A stretch of 64,000 nucleotides of DNA from Tubiluchus corallicola (taxonomy: Eukaryota; Animalia; Priapulida). The stretch lies in the NCBI GenBank assembly GCA_030141605.1, contig JAQGDQ010000068.1, positions 669,034-733,033 on the forward strand, in the 5' to 3' direction. This document shows positions 39,643-52,576 of the stretch, piece after piece. How positions within the stretch are numbered: position 1 is the stretch's first letter; every line of letters begins with the position of its first letter. The notes under the pieces are model-generated. The model searched no databases, had not been told where the DNA came from, and saw only the letters and a program-made list of their open reading frames with translations. The translations under genes and the position numbers were made by a program.

Positions 39643-42328
39643 TCAATTTCAATTTCATTTTATTGCACAAATACAATAGTGTAGCAAAAAAATACATTAC
39701 AAAAAAAACAATGTACAAGAACAAATACAAAATAATTATAATAAATACAATTACGCAACGTTTTAAAACATGAGTTTGTACAACTTACTTAAATAGCCAA
39801 CTTAAATCTAATAAGAAATTATGTGGTCTTATGAAATAATACTTTATGCTACAACTACAAAGAACTAGTAAAAATTCAAAAGCTAAATAATTAAAATAAT
39901 CACAAACGAGATGAAATTACATGATCACTGCGCAAGGTTTATCCAGCACTCACAGACTACCACCAAGATATAACAGCCTTTTTTATCCCATTCATTTAAG
40001 TAGTTTCCAAAGTGAATAAGGCCTTCTGGGTTTGTATTTAGAAAAGCCACATTACTGAGTATACATTACCTTTTTGTAAAAATAGATTATGCATTTTGTG
40101 CTCATACATTTGTCTAATATCTTCATACAAAGGACAAGTAAAAAGGTAATATAATTCGTTTTTACTATTTTTGAGCTATTGTTGTGACAGTATTGACCTA
40201 GCCTTTCATCCTCTTTTTTATTTTTACATCTGAAGCATTCTATTTCCAGGTCATGGTCGCTGATACGTAATCTTGATATCTTTTCTGTTTTTTATTAGAA
40301 ATAATCTTTAAATAATCTTCTAATTCATAGTTGATTTTTACATGTCTATAAAATCTTAGTTTGTTTTTGCACCCATTTTGTCTAGTATCATTATGTAGCT
40401 CTGTTAAGAATAGTTTTCTGTACCCTGATTTGAGTTTATTACTGAATTCTTTTAACTTGCGTATCAGACACATTTTACTAATTTCATCTACACCATATGT
40501 CCGAAATCCCGGAAAATTTGCCCATTTTGTATGAAGCTGTTTCACTTCTCCATGAGACTGGTACACAATGTTGGGGATGAACTGATACTGTCATGTGCTG
40601 CCACCCTTTAGGCCTTGAATGAATTTCTTGCTTTAAATTTATAAGCCTGTACTTATATACTCATGTGATTCAGTCTGGTTTTATGCAGAAGTTAGTAAGA
40701 CAGTAGACTGTTACACTGTCTAGGTATTTGCTATCAGTTTTATACTTAATTTAACCAAATTCAATGATTTGATAAATGCTTGTGACCTGTTTCTGCAGTT
40801 TTCTGATGCCTTTAAGTTTAAATGCCAGGGCTGGCCAATCTACGTAACTTTAATATGATTATTATTAATTTTTTTGATTACTTAAAAGAGAAGTTTAATT
40901 TCTATTTCATGTAGCATTTTACTACTTTACAATTGTTGTAATTTGTAAAAATTCTGTAATTTATACCTAAATGATTTAATATTTTGATTTAGTTCCTATG
41001 TTGTAATAATCTTGTATAATCACCTGAATTTGCAAAATGCTTTTATTTTATTTTCTCAGAATAAATAACCGTTAGCAAGCCAATGCGGAATTTGAAGTTT
41101 CGTTTGGGACATTCCGTCAGCTACACACAATTTTAAATCATGTATTCCTTGGCTTTATATGTGTCATTAATATATATTTATTGTTGATGCTTTAATTAGC
41201 AGTGGGTATATGCCTAATTTAGCTTTACACGCTATATTAGACAGACTTCCCCGGACATCTAAAACCCATTATGAGAATTTGTTCTGAATATACTTTAATG
41301 GAAAAGATTCCACATTTTTAGAAGCTTTTCTGAGTTGTCAGTGTTTATGTTATTTAGTTTAGTGATAAATGACTGTCACCAAATTTCGTAGTCATAAAGT
41401 GCTACTGGTGAGACCAGGGATTCAAACAGGTAAAGAAGTATTATTTACATCAAAACTGTATTGAAATATTAGAGATTTTAATTTAAATAATGCCCTAATG
41501 CTTTGTTTTCTCATTGTCATGGTGCTTTGTGTATGAACCATTTTTTGTAAAATACATTCCTAGGTATTTGACGTTTTTCTGTTTTTAATAATGTATTGCC
41601 AAAATAAAAGTGAATATTCAATGTCTTACTGGATGGTTTGTTTCCAAAGGTAACAACTTTAGTTCTGGTAGGATTAATTTGTAATGAGTTCTGTTTTGCA
41701 TATAATATTATAGCTAGTTTGTTGATTTTATTTTGTAGCCCTTCTTTGATGTATTGAAAATAACTAGGTCATCAGCACACTGTAAGCATTTAATGGTTTT
41801 ATCATGTAAAGTTGGTGAATCCGCATTAGGTAAAAAATCAGGAAGATCATTTACATATACAGTACATTAAACACAGTTGGACAAAGATCGTTACCTTGCC
41901 TAACGCCAGTTTCAATTTTAAAGAAGGGAGAAAAAGTTTCTGATTTTTATATCGTGAAATGACTTTTATTATACATATCTTTAATGATACGTTGGACATA
42001 TTTATCGGTTCCATATCTTTTTAATTTGCTAATTTAATATCATGACTTAACCTGTCAAAAGCTGTTGTGAAATCAATAAAGCAGGTATATAAGTAGACCC
42101 TTTCTTTCTATTATTTTCTTTTATCAGTAAATCTAAAGTCATTAATAATCCGTAGTTCGTGAATCATCTAGTGTTCCTCCTTTAAATATGGGACTCAAAA
42201 TGCTCTTAGACCAGTCCTCTGGATATTTGCCTTTTATGTACTAAATTTATCAGCTTAGTTAAGGGCCTGGCAAGTACATCTATCGCAGACCTAATCATTT
42301 CATTTGAGATTATAATCAATGCCAGTGA
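39643..42328 (-). mobile_element. 5'-truncated, decayed non-LTR retrotransposon (LINE, L2/CR1-group-like) with 8-bp TSD
   Basis: Minus-strand RT motifs ISNEMIR (~42300), LYTCFIDFTTAFDR (~42060), ETGVRQGNDLCPTVFN (~41890) and LQCADDLVIF (~41770), and the C-terminal KNKLRFYRHVK region. The 3' end reads AATAAAATGAAATTGAAATTGA. TTTGTAGG is repeated at 39635-39642 and 42329-42336. Confidence 0.88.
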
Positions 42329-42511
42329 TTTGTAGGCCGGCGCCGTGTCGGCAATAATAGAACATTATGGTGAAAGTTATGGTCGACGTGGTATATTATT
42401 ATGTTTGGTTGGTAATATAGCCTATCAGGCCCTATCTCATAATCATCATCATTATTCATTCAGCCTGTTGTTAGACATTGAATGATATATTAGCATTCAA
42501 CTCACTCCTAC

Positions 42512-42850
42512 ATTCAACATTCCAATATCATTTTACAAATCTGCAAGTAACATAATTGCACATATATTAACTAAATTATTTAACAAATTGATCATCAGTG
42601 GCACATTTCCTGAAGTTTTAAAAATAGCAAAAGTTACACCAATATTTATATGACCCCAGTAACTATAGACCAGTATCACTGTTATCACCTGTATCAAAAG
42701 TCTTTGAAAAATTAATATACAATTGTACAAATTTATTATCAAAAATAAAATTTTAACTAAATATCAACTCGGATTCCGCAAAAATTACTCAACTGCCTTA
42801 GCGGTTCCAAACTTAATTGATAGTGTCTCTCTAAATAAAATGACAGCACC
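42512..42850 (+). mobile_element. LINE (CR1/L2-group) RT remnant, 5' half, interrupted by a Gypsy insertion
   Basis: Frameshifted translation ILTKLFNKLIISGTFPEVLKIAKVTPIF / DPSNYRPVSLLSPVSKVFEKLI / YQLGFRKNYSTALA (RT domains 0-2). Confidence 0.85.
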
Positions 42851-42852
42851 AT

Positions 42853-43781
42853 TGTAGTGTGGCGCACTTGGTGTATGGTGGTGTTACGTATGCTTGTCTA
42901 GGGGTATGGTGGCACACACTCATATTTGTCAGTCTTGAAGACTAACAACGATTTACAATTGTGGATCCATGTGTACAATTAAGCCAATTTTTAGCAGATT
43001 ATAGTGAGACAGTGTGTTTGTTCATATGTAGTTGTATTGGCATAATGCACAATCAGAGTAATTCAAAAGCAAAGTCAAAGTTAAATGTTTAATTTTATAT
43101 TTTGCATTAAATAAGAGTCTAGACAGAGCATTTCAGTTCATCTATGACAATAGTACACTACAGGTATCTATGGTCTCTCTGGTACACTTGCCCTGGTCTC
43201 CCAGTTTTTAACATTGCACTGGGCTCAACAAATAGCACTTACCTTGTTCAGGTAGTAAGAACAGCTACTTAGTCCTTCTGCTTATCCAGTAAGGCTGCTT
43301 ATTCAGTAGTTCTCTCTCTTTTGCTATTGAAACTGCTCTTTTATAGAAGGCTTATCTACTCTCGTCACGCGACTTCTGTAGAGTTTGTGTACCTGGCGTC
43401 CTGGCAACAACTTGCCAGGTATTGCCCAATGTATATTTTGTTGATAAGTGATTATTATAATATTAATTTTACATTATAAATGCATTCTAGAATTATTTTA
43501 ACACTTTACAGGTTTCATTTTAGCGTTACCAAAAATGTAATGTAATTATTTAACGTATTTAATTTAATATTGGGGCATGTTGGTTTGTTGTCTCGCTCCA
43601 CATGTAAACAGAGATGGCGGTGCCCTGACGCTGTTCATGCGAGTGCATGTAATTATTATAATCGCCGCTGATTCCATACTTAGGGCATTTATTGGCTAAT
43701 TTACTGTTGTCAAAGGTAACATAGCCGTTCTTCTTCAGAACAATTAAGGCGAGGGGAGGTGAGCAAGTGCAAAACACCACA
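42853..43781 (-). repeat. 3' LTR (929 bp) of the minus-strand Ty3/Gypsy element
   Basis: Starts TGTGGTGT immediately after the polypurine tract AAGAAGGGGGGAG (43782-43794) and ends ...GCCACACTACA. TATA-like CTATAAAA near 43340. Confidence 0.85.
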
Positions 43782-44103
43782 CTCCCCCCTTCTTAAATCC
43801 TTCATCCGCCCTCGGATGATCCGGTCTGCACCTCAGATGTCCAACCAACTTCCACCAAAATCAAAAATGCATACCGATAAACATTATACATGTATAATAC
43901 TGTAAAATATAGTAAAAATATTCTTAAACAACAACAATCACTTTGGTATAGTAAAATAAGCGATGTGATAAAACATAAGCACCTAATATGAACAATACGT
44001 TTGGCTTTCGTAATCACCTGCTACACTTTTGTACCACATAATTACATGGAGGAATGCCAGTGATAAAGTTTTTTTAAGCACTACAATTGATCTTCAGATC
44101 ACT

Positions 44104-44939
44104 TTATACTCCTTTCATGGTCTTTTCACTAACCCTTTCCACAACTACTTGGCATCCTCCCATCACTGGTAGTGCCACCTCATCGTCCTCGGAAGAGGTG
44201 GTGCAAGATGAGGAGGATGAAGGTGAGCCAGAACTCGAGCCAGAACTTTCAATGGCCCTCACTCTTTCCCTTTGAAATTTATCCCGGGATGATTTGGTTT
44301 TGGCCGTGGGCAGCTTTTCAGCCGCTGAAGAGGTAGATAGAGTGGAAGTGTGTGGTGGCCCCTCAGCCATGCCAGATTTTCTAGTATTGGCCATTGATGA
44401 CATCAGAAGCTTTCCAGCCACAGCAGACTTTCAGCTTCTGCAGTCTTTTCAGAAGGTTTAGATGCATGTCTTTGTTGAAGCGATTTCAACTTTCTCTCAT
44501 GTTCTCGCCTCTCCTTCTGTAGTCACTCTTCAAATTCTTTTTGCTTGTCCTCTACCTTCCTTTTCCATTTCCTGTCTGTGTCATTTACAGCCTGCTTTCT
44601 TCTTTCTACCTGTAATTTTCTCTGTCAGTGTCAAGCTCTTTCTGAAGTATATATTTCCGGTGGAGCAGTTCTGCTATTGATGCAAGACTGTCCAGACTGG
44701 CTATGACTAACAGCACGTGGAGGTTGCCACGAAAAGTCGGGATGCGTAGGTTTTTAAACTGTTAAATCTAGAGGATCGTCTGTCCAGGACAATGATGGCG
44801 GTGGCAAGGACAGCGGTCTTGACTGTCAAGGATTTGATGTACTTTTTAATTCAGTAGTCTCCTGATGCACCCTTTTTATGTGCCTATTCAGATTTGATCT
44901 TTTCTAGGTGGTGAATCCACATTTTCTGCACCGTAACAT
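44104..44939 (-). pseudogene. Decayed accessory ORF between pol and the 3' LTR: C2H2 zinc finger, PLDLT motif, charged coiled coil, Ser/acidic tail
   Basis: After the acceptor tgttcttttcttttacAG (AG at 44945-44944): ATG at 44939, MLRCRKCGFTT*KRSNLNRHIKRVH (C-x2-C-x12-H-x4-H)...WTDDPLDLTV*KP. Across frameshifts it continues KLQVERRKQ...WKRKVEDKQKEFEE*LQKERREHERKLK and SSSSSCTTSSEDDE...CQVVVERV. Confidence 0.72.
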
Positions 44940-47930
44940 TTTTCTGTAAAAGAAAAGAACAGCTGGTTTACAAATCTAATCATTTAGGGGGCTTAATAAC
45001 CCTCTTTCCTTTTCTTTTTAGTGTTTTTGTTATGTTATTTTGTGTATCTTGGTCAATATCTTGTTCAGCTCCAACATTTTCTAAGAATTTCCCAATAACA
45101 TCTTCCCCGTGATCTTCATTCTGTAGAAGATCATGGTCTGCAAGCTGTTTGTCAGGAAAATGTTCCTGTGTCCAATCCCTTGGTAGCTCATCCGAATCAT
45201 AAAGTTTTAAATTATCAACATGAACCACCTTAGGCATGGAAGATTTTCTTTACTGAATTTTGAAGAGCACCTCTGTGATCTTCTGCACTACCAAGTGAGG
45301 CCCTTGCCAGTCAAGACCCAGTCTCGTGGTAGCTGGGGGATACCAGTACCATACCCATTTGCCAACATCCATGTTGACAGACTTTAAATGGTGATCATAA
45401 CCATGTTTTTGTCTCTCCGCACATTTATTAAGACACTTTCGTGCTTACTCATGAGCCTCTTCGGCTACGTTCCTCAACCATTCCACATACTCATGTGAAC
45501 AGGAAAATGGTGGAACAGAATGTGGAAAGAGAGCCTGCCACCACATCTAAGGGAAAATAAGTTTCCCTTACAAAAATCATGAGATTGGGAGAACAACCCA
45601 TAGAAGTGTGAGCAGTTGCACGGTATGCTATCATCACATATGGCAAAAAGTCATCTCAGTCATCACAGTTCTCATTTACAAATACTGACAGCATCTGCTG
45701 CAGTGTCCAGTTGAACCTGCAAGGCCTCACACATCACCAGGAATAGCTTAGATTCGAACTCAGGACCTTGGTCGGTATGGATTGATAATGGAACACCATA
45801 ACGACAGATGAATTCCGTCAGCAGGGCATCTGCAACTGTATATGCCTCATGGTTGGGCAAAGCATAAGCCTCAACCCACTTTGTAAAGTAGTCAGACACA
45901 ACCATTATCACTCTGTTCATCCTCCGAGTCTCCTCCAATGGACCCATTATATCTATAGCTATTCTCTGAAGTGGTGCACTCATGAGCAGCTGTTGCAGCT
46001 TCCCAATTTTTGGCCTTTTACCTGGTTTTCTCCTTGCACATACAGTGCAATCTCGGCACCACCTTCGGATGTCTTTTTGGTAACCAGGCCAGTAAAAATG
46101 CTGTTTTACTCTAGCCGTACTCCGGTGAAAATCTTGATGTCCACCAGTTCGGGGATAATGAAGCTCTTCAAAAACAATCATCCTCCCTTTGGACGGTACA
46201 ACAAGTTGCCTGATGGGGAAACTTTGGATTACTGAGGTTACCCAATGCCTATACAGAAGACCATCCTGTAGCTCAAGTAAGTCCCCCTGACTCCAATAGG
46301 CCTCAACGTCTCGACTTTTTCCTACCATGTCCTTGAAACAGGGCTGCGGCTCATTATGTTCCTTCAAATCTTTGAAGAACTGAATAGCCTCATCCTGCCC
46401 CTGGAACTCCTTCAAGGATTCGATGGTATAAGGCTGTACTCCTTCACACGGTACCTCTCTGCATGGTCTAGAGACTCAAACTCCCTCTGACCAATACTTA
46501 GCAGAGCACTACTCTCCCCTCCTTGATACACCTTTGCCTCTCCACAACTATGTGCTATCTGCGAAAAGCCACCAAGGCTTATTGACTCCTTAGGTGAGTC
46601 AAAAGCCACACAACAGTTTTTTCCAACCAGCATCTCAGCATCTACTTCCCTTTGAATCCAGGCAGATGGATCGGCCGAGTCCTTTATGGAACAGGCCTGG
46701 TACTTTTCTGTAACTGCATCACAATTTGGTTTAAGCCTATTATTTCTATGATCATAGCAGTCGTCTCTAGGACACTTGGCTATTCTTCCAGCTTGGGATG
46801 ACAGCCCATCAGCATTTCCATGTTGACACTCTTTCCGGTGTTCTATACTAAAATCGTACATGTCCAAAATGGATATCCACCTAGCGATCATACCTTCTGG
46901 GTTCTTGAAGTTTATTAATCAAGTCAGAGCTGTGTGATCAGTTCTCAATCTAAATCTTCTTCCCCACAAATAGTGGTGAAAATGTTTAACAAAGGTGATC
47001 ACTGCTAGCAACTCCTTTTTGGTGGTACAGTATCTCTTCTGAGATTCGTTTAAGGTTTTGCTTGCATAAGCAATGACCTTCTCATCCCCATCTGTACCTG
47101 TGATAAAACACCTCCAATCCCAGTATCACTGGCATCAGTGTCCAGAATAAACTCATCATTGTCAGTGGTGTAGGCTAAGGCTGGACTCTTTGTTAGCAAG
47201 TCCTTAAGGGTCACAAATGCTTGATTACAGGAGTCATTCCATGCAAAAGTAATCCCATTCTTCGTCAAAGACGAAAGTGGTGCTGAAATACTTGTGGAAT
47301 AAACTTCCTGTAATACGAAGAAAACCAAGAAAACTCCTAACCTCAATCTGTGTCCTCGGTCTTTGCCATTCCCTGACTGCTGAGATCTTTTCAGGGTCAC
47401 ATCTCAGGCCATCTCCCGAAACTATATGACCCAAGAACTTCACACTTGTCTGGAACACCTTGCTCTTCTCTGGTTTGAGCTTTAAGTTAGCTTCCCCTAA
47501 CCGTAGGAAGACATCTCTGATATTACCGAGTACTTCTGGAAAATCTTTCCAAAGACAATAATGTCGTCCAGGTAAACAACACATTTTTTTCACTGAAAGC
47601 CCCTTAATACAGCTTCCATAAGCCGTTCAAATGAGGCTGGTGAGTTACACAAGCCAAACGGCATCACAATGAATTGGTAAAGCCCCTCTCTAGTAGCAAA
47701 GGCAGTTTTAGGCTTGGATTCCTCATCCATTTCTACCTGCCAAAATCCACTGGCCAGGTCAAAGGTTGAAAACCACTGTGCAAACCTTAACGCATCAAAT
47801 ATCTCCTCTATTTTTGGCAAAGGATATGCATCTTTGTGGGCGACATCAGTCAACCTCCTATAGTCAACACAGTATCTGTAACAGCCATCCTTCTTAGGGA
47901 TTAAAACAATAGGTGCTGCCCAAGGGCTGC

Positions 47931-48890
47931 ACCCAACTTGCCATCATCTTTTAAAAATATAACATGTGGTGTTCCACAGGGATCTAATTTAGGACCACTA
48001 CTGTTCTTACTTAATATCAAGAATTTACCAGATGCTACTAACTTTCGCACAAAAATATTTGCAAATGATACAAATTTGTTTATGTCATACCCTGATACCA
48101 TTGAACCAAATAAATTGGTAACATTGAACTAAATAAGATAGACAAATGGATAAAAGCCAACCAGTTATTAATTAATTTAAAAAAACTAAATTTATGCTAA
48201 TTAACAATAAAGCAAACACCAATCAAACTTTTCATGTAAAAATAAACAAGAGGAAAATAGATGAAACAGAAGACATAAAATATCTAGGCATATCAATTGA
48301 TAGAAAAACTGCCATGGGGAGCACACATCAAACATATCACATACAAGTTAAGCCGCATATCGGGGATCGTATTAAAACTAAGAAAATATGTTAATTAAGC
48401 AACCCTAAAACTCATATACCAATCATTAGCATATCCGTACTTAAGTTACTGCATTCTGGCCTGGGGAAGAGCATATTTATCAACACTGAAAACATTAAAA
48501 ACACAACAAAACAAAATCGTCAAATTAATAACATTTGCTGGAAAATCTGATCATGACATTCCATCATTCATACAACAAGCGGTAATAAAACTTCATGATA
48601 TTTACAATTTAGAATTACTAAAATTTATGTGTAAATGTAAACGGGGTTTACTAACCGAAATTTTTGATGATCATTTTACGCCACTTACAGAAGTACATTC
48701 TCACTATACCAGGGCTGCTAGTGACTGTTTTTTGTAGAGAGATTCTAAACCAGGTGCGGATGTAATAGTGTTAAAGCAAAGGAAGTTGAATGACGAAACT
48801 CTCTACCAAGAAACATCACTACCAGCCCTATAAATAACATCACTAAAAATTTCAAAAAATCGTTACTAGACAGATATGTATTAACATTAG
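47931..48890 (+). mobile_element. LINE RT remnant, 3' half (continuation of 42512-42850)
   Basis: ITCGVPQGSNLGPLLFL, IFANDTNLF (degenerate YADD), IKYLGISID and LIYQSLAYPYLSYCILAWG. Confidence 0.88.
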
Positions 48891-49409
48891 AGTAATTGCA
48901 TTTTTTACATTTACTCATTAATATTATTCAGTAAAAAATTGTGAATCTTCATCATCATCATCCAATGAAACATACGTCCAGGGACATGATTCTGTTCACC
49001 TCCCTATGCCAGGACTCCCTGCTTGCCGCAATGCCCCAAGTGCATTTATTTCTAAGATTCAATGCATCTAATATTCTGTGCAAATTCGTTTAATATACGA
49101 AAATCTACATAATCTACGATGTGGTGATTAATTTCATCGTCATTTTATTTTACCACTATTTTGTTTATAAAATTAGTTTAAAAAAAAATTGCTAAAACAT
49201 ACTTTTTGTGTATGTACTATACCTAATTAGCAATTATTTGTGTACACTGCACAGTGACATAAATTAACTGCTCTGCTTTGTTTTTACGTTTCTTTTTTCA
49301 GTTACATATACATATACACATTATTTTTTCTTGCCCACAATTTTGTAAACTGTACATTATTATCATTTTATTTAGTTCGTAACTAATTATTGTAAGTTTT
49401 TGTAACTAC

Positions 49410-49457
<48 letters not shown>

Positions 49458-49699
49458 TTTTTTTCACTTATGCCATCATTGTTATGCAACTATTCACATT
49501 TCGACCCTTTTCACATTATCACTAATGGCTGGAATGTTTATAATTGTTATGTTTGTGTTACATTAGTTTCTTTTTGTTAACTGTGTAAGTTCTTGTGTTC
49601 CTAAAGCTAGATTTGATTGAAGTTTTTGTTTATCTCAGCTATCCAAGTTGTTTTTGATTTACCAGGTGTTTTTTGCCATTAATGAAAGGTTGACAACAT

Positions 49700-49895
<196 letters not shown>

Positions 49896-49914
49896 AATAC
49901 GGAATCAATTTTAG

Positions 49915-50310
49915 TTGGAAGATGTACAAAATAAATTCACAAAATTAGGAGTAAGGACAACAGTGTCTAATATTGCTTGTAAGGCAGAACCGGATTTGTA
50001 TCCTCTTCTCCGCATAGCACCAAAAAAATCATACAAATTTGGGTTAACTGCTACCTACAAAAATAGAAAAACAGTATTGATGATAGGAAAAGGGAGGTCG
50101 AAACAAGCTCAGGTTTTATGGAAGATTAAAATGCAATGCAAGAGCCATATACCTAAACATTATAATATTAAGAATAAAAAATATGGACAGGCTATCATGA
50201 AACTCCAACTTTTGGATATCGAATGTACTCGTTATACCAAAACATTAGAACAAGAAAAATATGCAGTTATTGCGCAAATGCCTCCTTGGAAAACACGAAA
50301 TAGGAGATGA
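49915..50310 (+). mobile_element. Short LINE ORF2 C-terminal fragment
   Basis: EDVQNKFTKLGVRTTVSNIACKAEPDLYPL parallels LSNIACKAKLGIYPL read on the minus strand of the LINE at ~41200-41260. Confidence 0.6.
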
Positions 50311-51069
50311 AAAATACTTTATTTATGACTGATCATCTTTTGCAGAAAATGGAAACAATTGTGAAAATAATGAAAATAAACATTTCAGTTTGATATTTTT
50401 CTACAGAAATACCAACTATCTGATGTGGGTATTCAACAGTAAGATTAATTTGCAATAAGTTATTGTTCATTTCGGAAAATGTATCTTTAAAACCTTCCAA
50501 ATAAGAAAATTGAAGAGCTAGTATCCAATGTCTAGATTTTAACGGTAAACAACATTTTAGTTTAACTAATGTATAACTTACGCTAGCTGTCACTTTACTA
50601 TAATTAAAATACTGTGCTCATGCAGGTAGGAAAACTTTTATAATAATGTACTGTATCACGTGATAACTGTTTTCCAGGGAGAAACTCCCTGAGCAACCTC
50701 ATCTAGACCTATCCTGGAAACAACAGTTTAACAAGGATTCAAGAATCGATTTATGACTAATTACGAAGTTAATGGCTTGTATCAGTCTGCAATGAAAACC
50801 AGTTATTTTACATTATTGGTTTTAAATTGTTTTACAAATTACATTATACTTTAACAGTAAAGGTTAAACATACAAGTTACATTCTGAATGCCATTTCAGC
50901 CACTTGCGTAGCTTGTTTGTACGTTATGTTTGTTCATCATTACACGACCTACTGATTACACAAAAGTACTAAAAGACTGTTCAACATCTCTTTAATAACT
51001 AGTAGTTTAGACCACTATTTTATGACAACACCATTTCCCACATTTACATAGATTTTCATGTTTGTATAT

Positions 51070-52095
51070 ATGTAAGTGAGGGAAATGTAGATAAAAATGG
51101 CACAGGAAAGAATGGCACGAATGGAAAAGTAGGCAAAAATGGCAAAGGTAAAAATAGCACAGGAAAAAATGGCACAAATGAAAATGTAAGTAAAAATGGC
51201 ACAGGAAAAAATGGTGCAATTAGTAAAATATATTTTGAGGGTTAGGATTAACGTGAGGGATAATTGTTTTAGTTATTTTTACCTCTGCCAATGAAGTTAT
51301 GCTTCAACACACTTTTTTTTTTGTTTGTCTGGTTGTATTTGTGTGTTATGGCAGTACGCCTATTGCACAACAATTGTCTAATAGATTTCCATGAAACTTT
51401 GCGGAGAAGGCGGATATTAGATGCCAAAATGGCAATCTTTTTGCTGGTATTTTTTTGCAAAACTTGACCGAACACCCCGTACAAACAACATTCTTGAAAC
51501 ACTTCGTGGAGAGATGTTTGGTACTACTTTTTTGTTATCTATACCTGGACAAACAATGTACTACTAGTTAGTTCCAATTCCATTATGAGGAATTCTCGCT
51601 TGTGTAACGCTGTCTATAACCTTTGCTTATTAATGTGCACAGTCTCATAAGGTGACTTCGTATGTAAGTGCATACATATTTGTCAGTCTATTCCATCGAA
51701 AAAATTAATGGTAAAAAGGTAGATAAAAACCATTTGGAACATTCATGCATCACTAATTATAAACCTATTGAAAGGACAATTATTTTGTGAGACTTTCGCT
51801 AGTCAATATAATACCAACACATAAACATTTTTGAATGTTTGCTTATTTATCTTTGTGTTAATTTTTTTTAATCAAAAGAATCAGAAAAATAAGTTTAGGA
51901 TTGTACGGCTTTGACAGAGATCTGCTTCCTATTGAGCGCATTTTAGTTTTGTTATAGAAATCAATTGCATCACTATAATATATTTGCCATTTTTCTACTT
52001 TTCCATTTGTGCTATTTTTCCGTTTGCCATTTTTATTATACTTTTTCATTCGTGCCATTTTTCCATGCGCTACTTTTACCTGTGTAATTTTACCG
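51070..52095. mobile_element. Two oppositely oriented arrays of an AAAAATGGCAC(A/G) unit flanking a HINE/Helentron-like end
   Basis: Array at 51070-51215 and its reverse-complement relative at ~51982-52095. Between them the minus strand reads ...cagacaaacaaa...cataacttcattggcagaggtaa, resembling non-autonomous Helentron ends as I remember them. Confidence 0.5.
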
Positions 52096-52576
52096 ATGTG
52101 AACATTATACAACCTACTGACTTCAAAGAAGTGCTAAAAGCAAGCTGTTTTATATCTCTTTTGTAATTGATGATTCAAACCACGTTTGTATATAGCAGCT
52201 ATATCGCATAATTGCAAAACGATGCATTACTGCGCCTGAAAGCCAGCAAGCTTGACAGCAGAAAGAGATTATTTACATTACACATACTCACAATGCTTAG
52301 ATTTCACATCTAGGCCTACACAGGTATCATTATATTGTTTGACGCACGTAACAGCACTAGTCATTCGTTCGAACTAAGGTCGGTTATTACGCCTGCTACA
52401 GGTGAAAATAATTTTAACGCATAACACAGTGAATCAAATTACACAAACGTCTTTATTAGTACAATACAGGTGAAGACATTCGACGTCATTCGTAAACATA
52501 ACGTAATCTTATCTCCGTCCAAACGTTTCGTAATTACTACAGTGTTCACTAAATTTACTACATGAGCTCACTGTAT

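Larger units (their letters stand above)
42853..47930 (-). mobile_element. Ty3/Gypsy LTR retrotransposon remnant: RT-RNaseH-integrase, accessory ORF, PPT and 3' LTR; gag and 5' LTR deleted
   Basis: SPWAAPIVLIPKKDG, FDLASGFWQV, MPFGLCNSPASFER, LDTDASDTGIGGVL, HHCC zinc finger, IAIDIMGP, IHTDQGPEFES and a GPY/F-like end (VVHVDNLK). Many stops and frameshifts. Confidence 0.95.
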
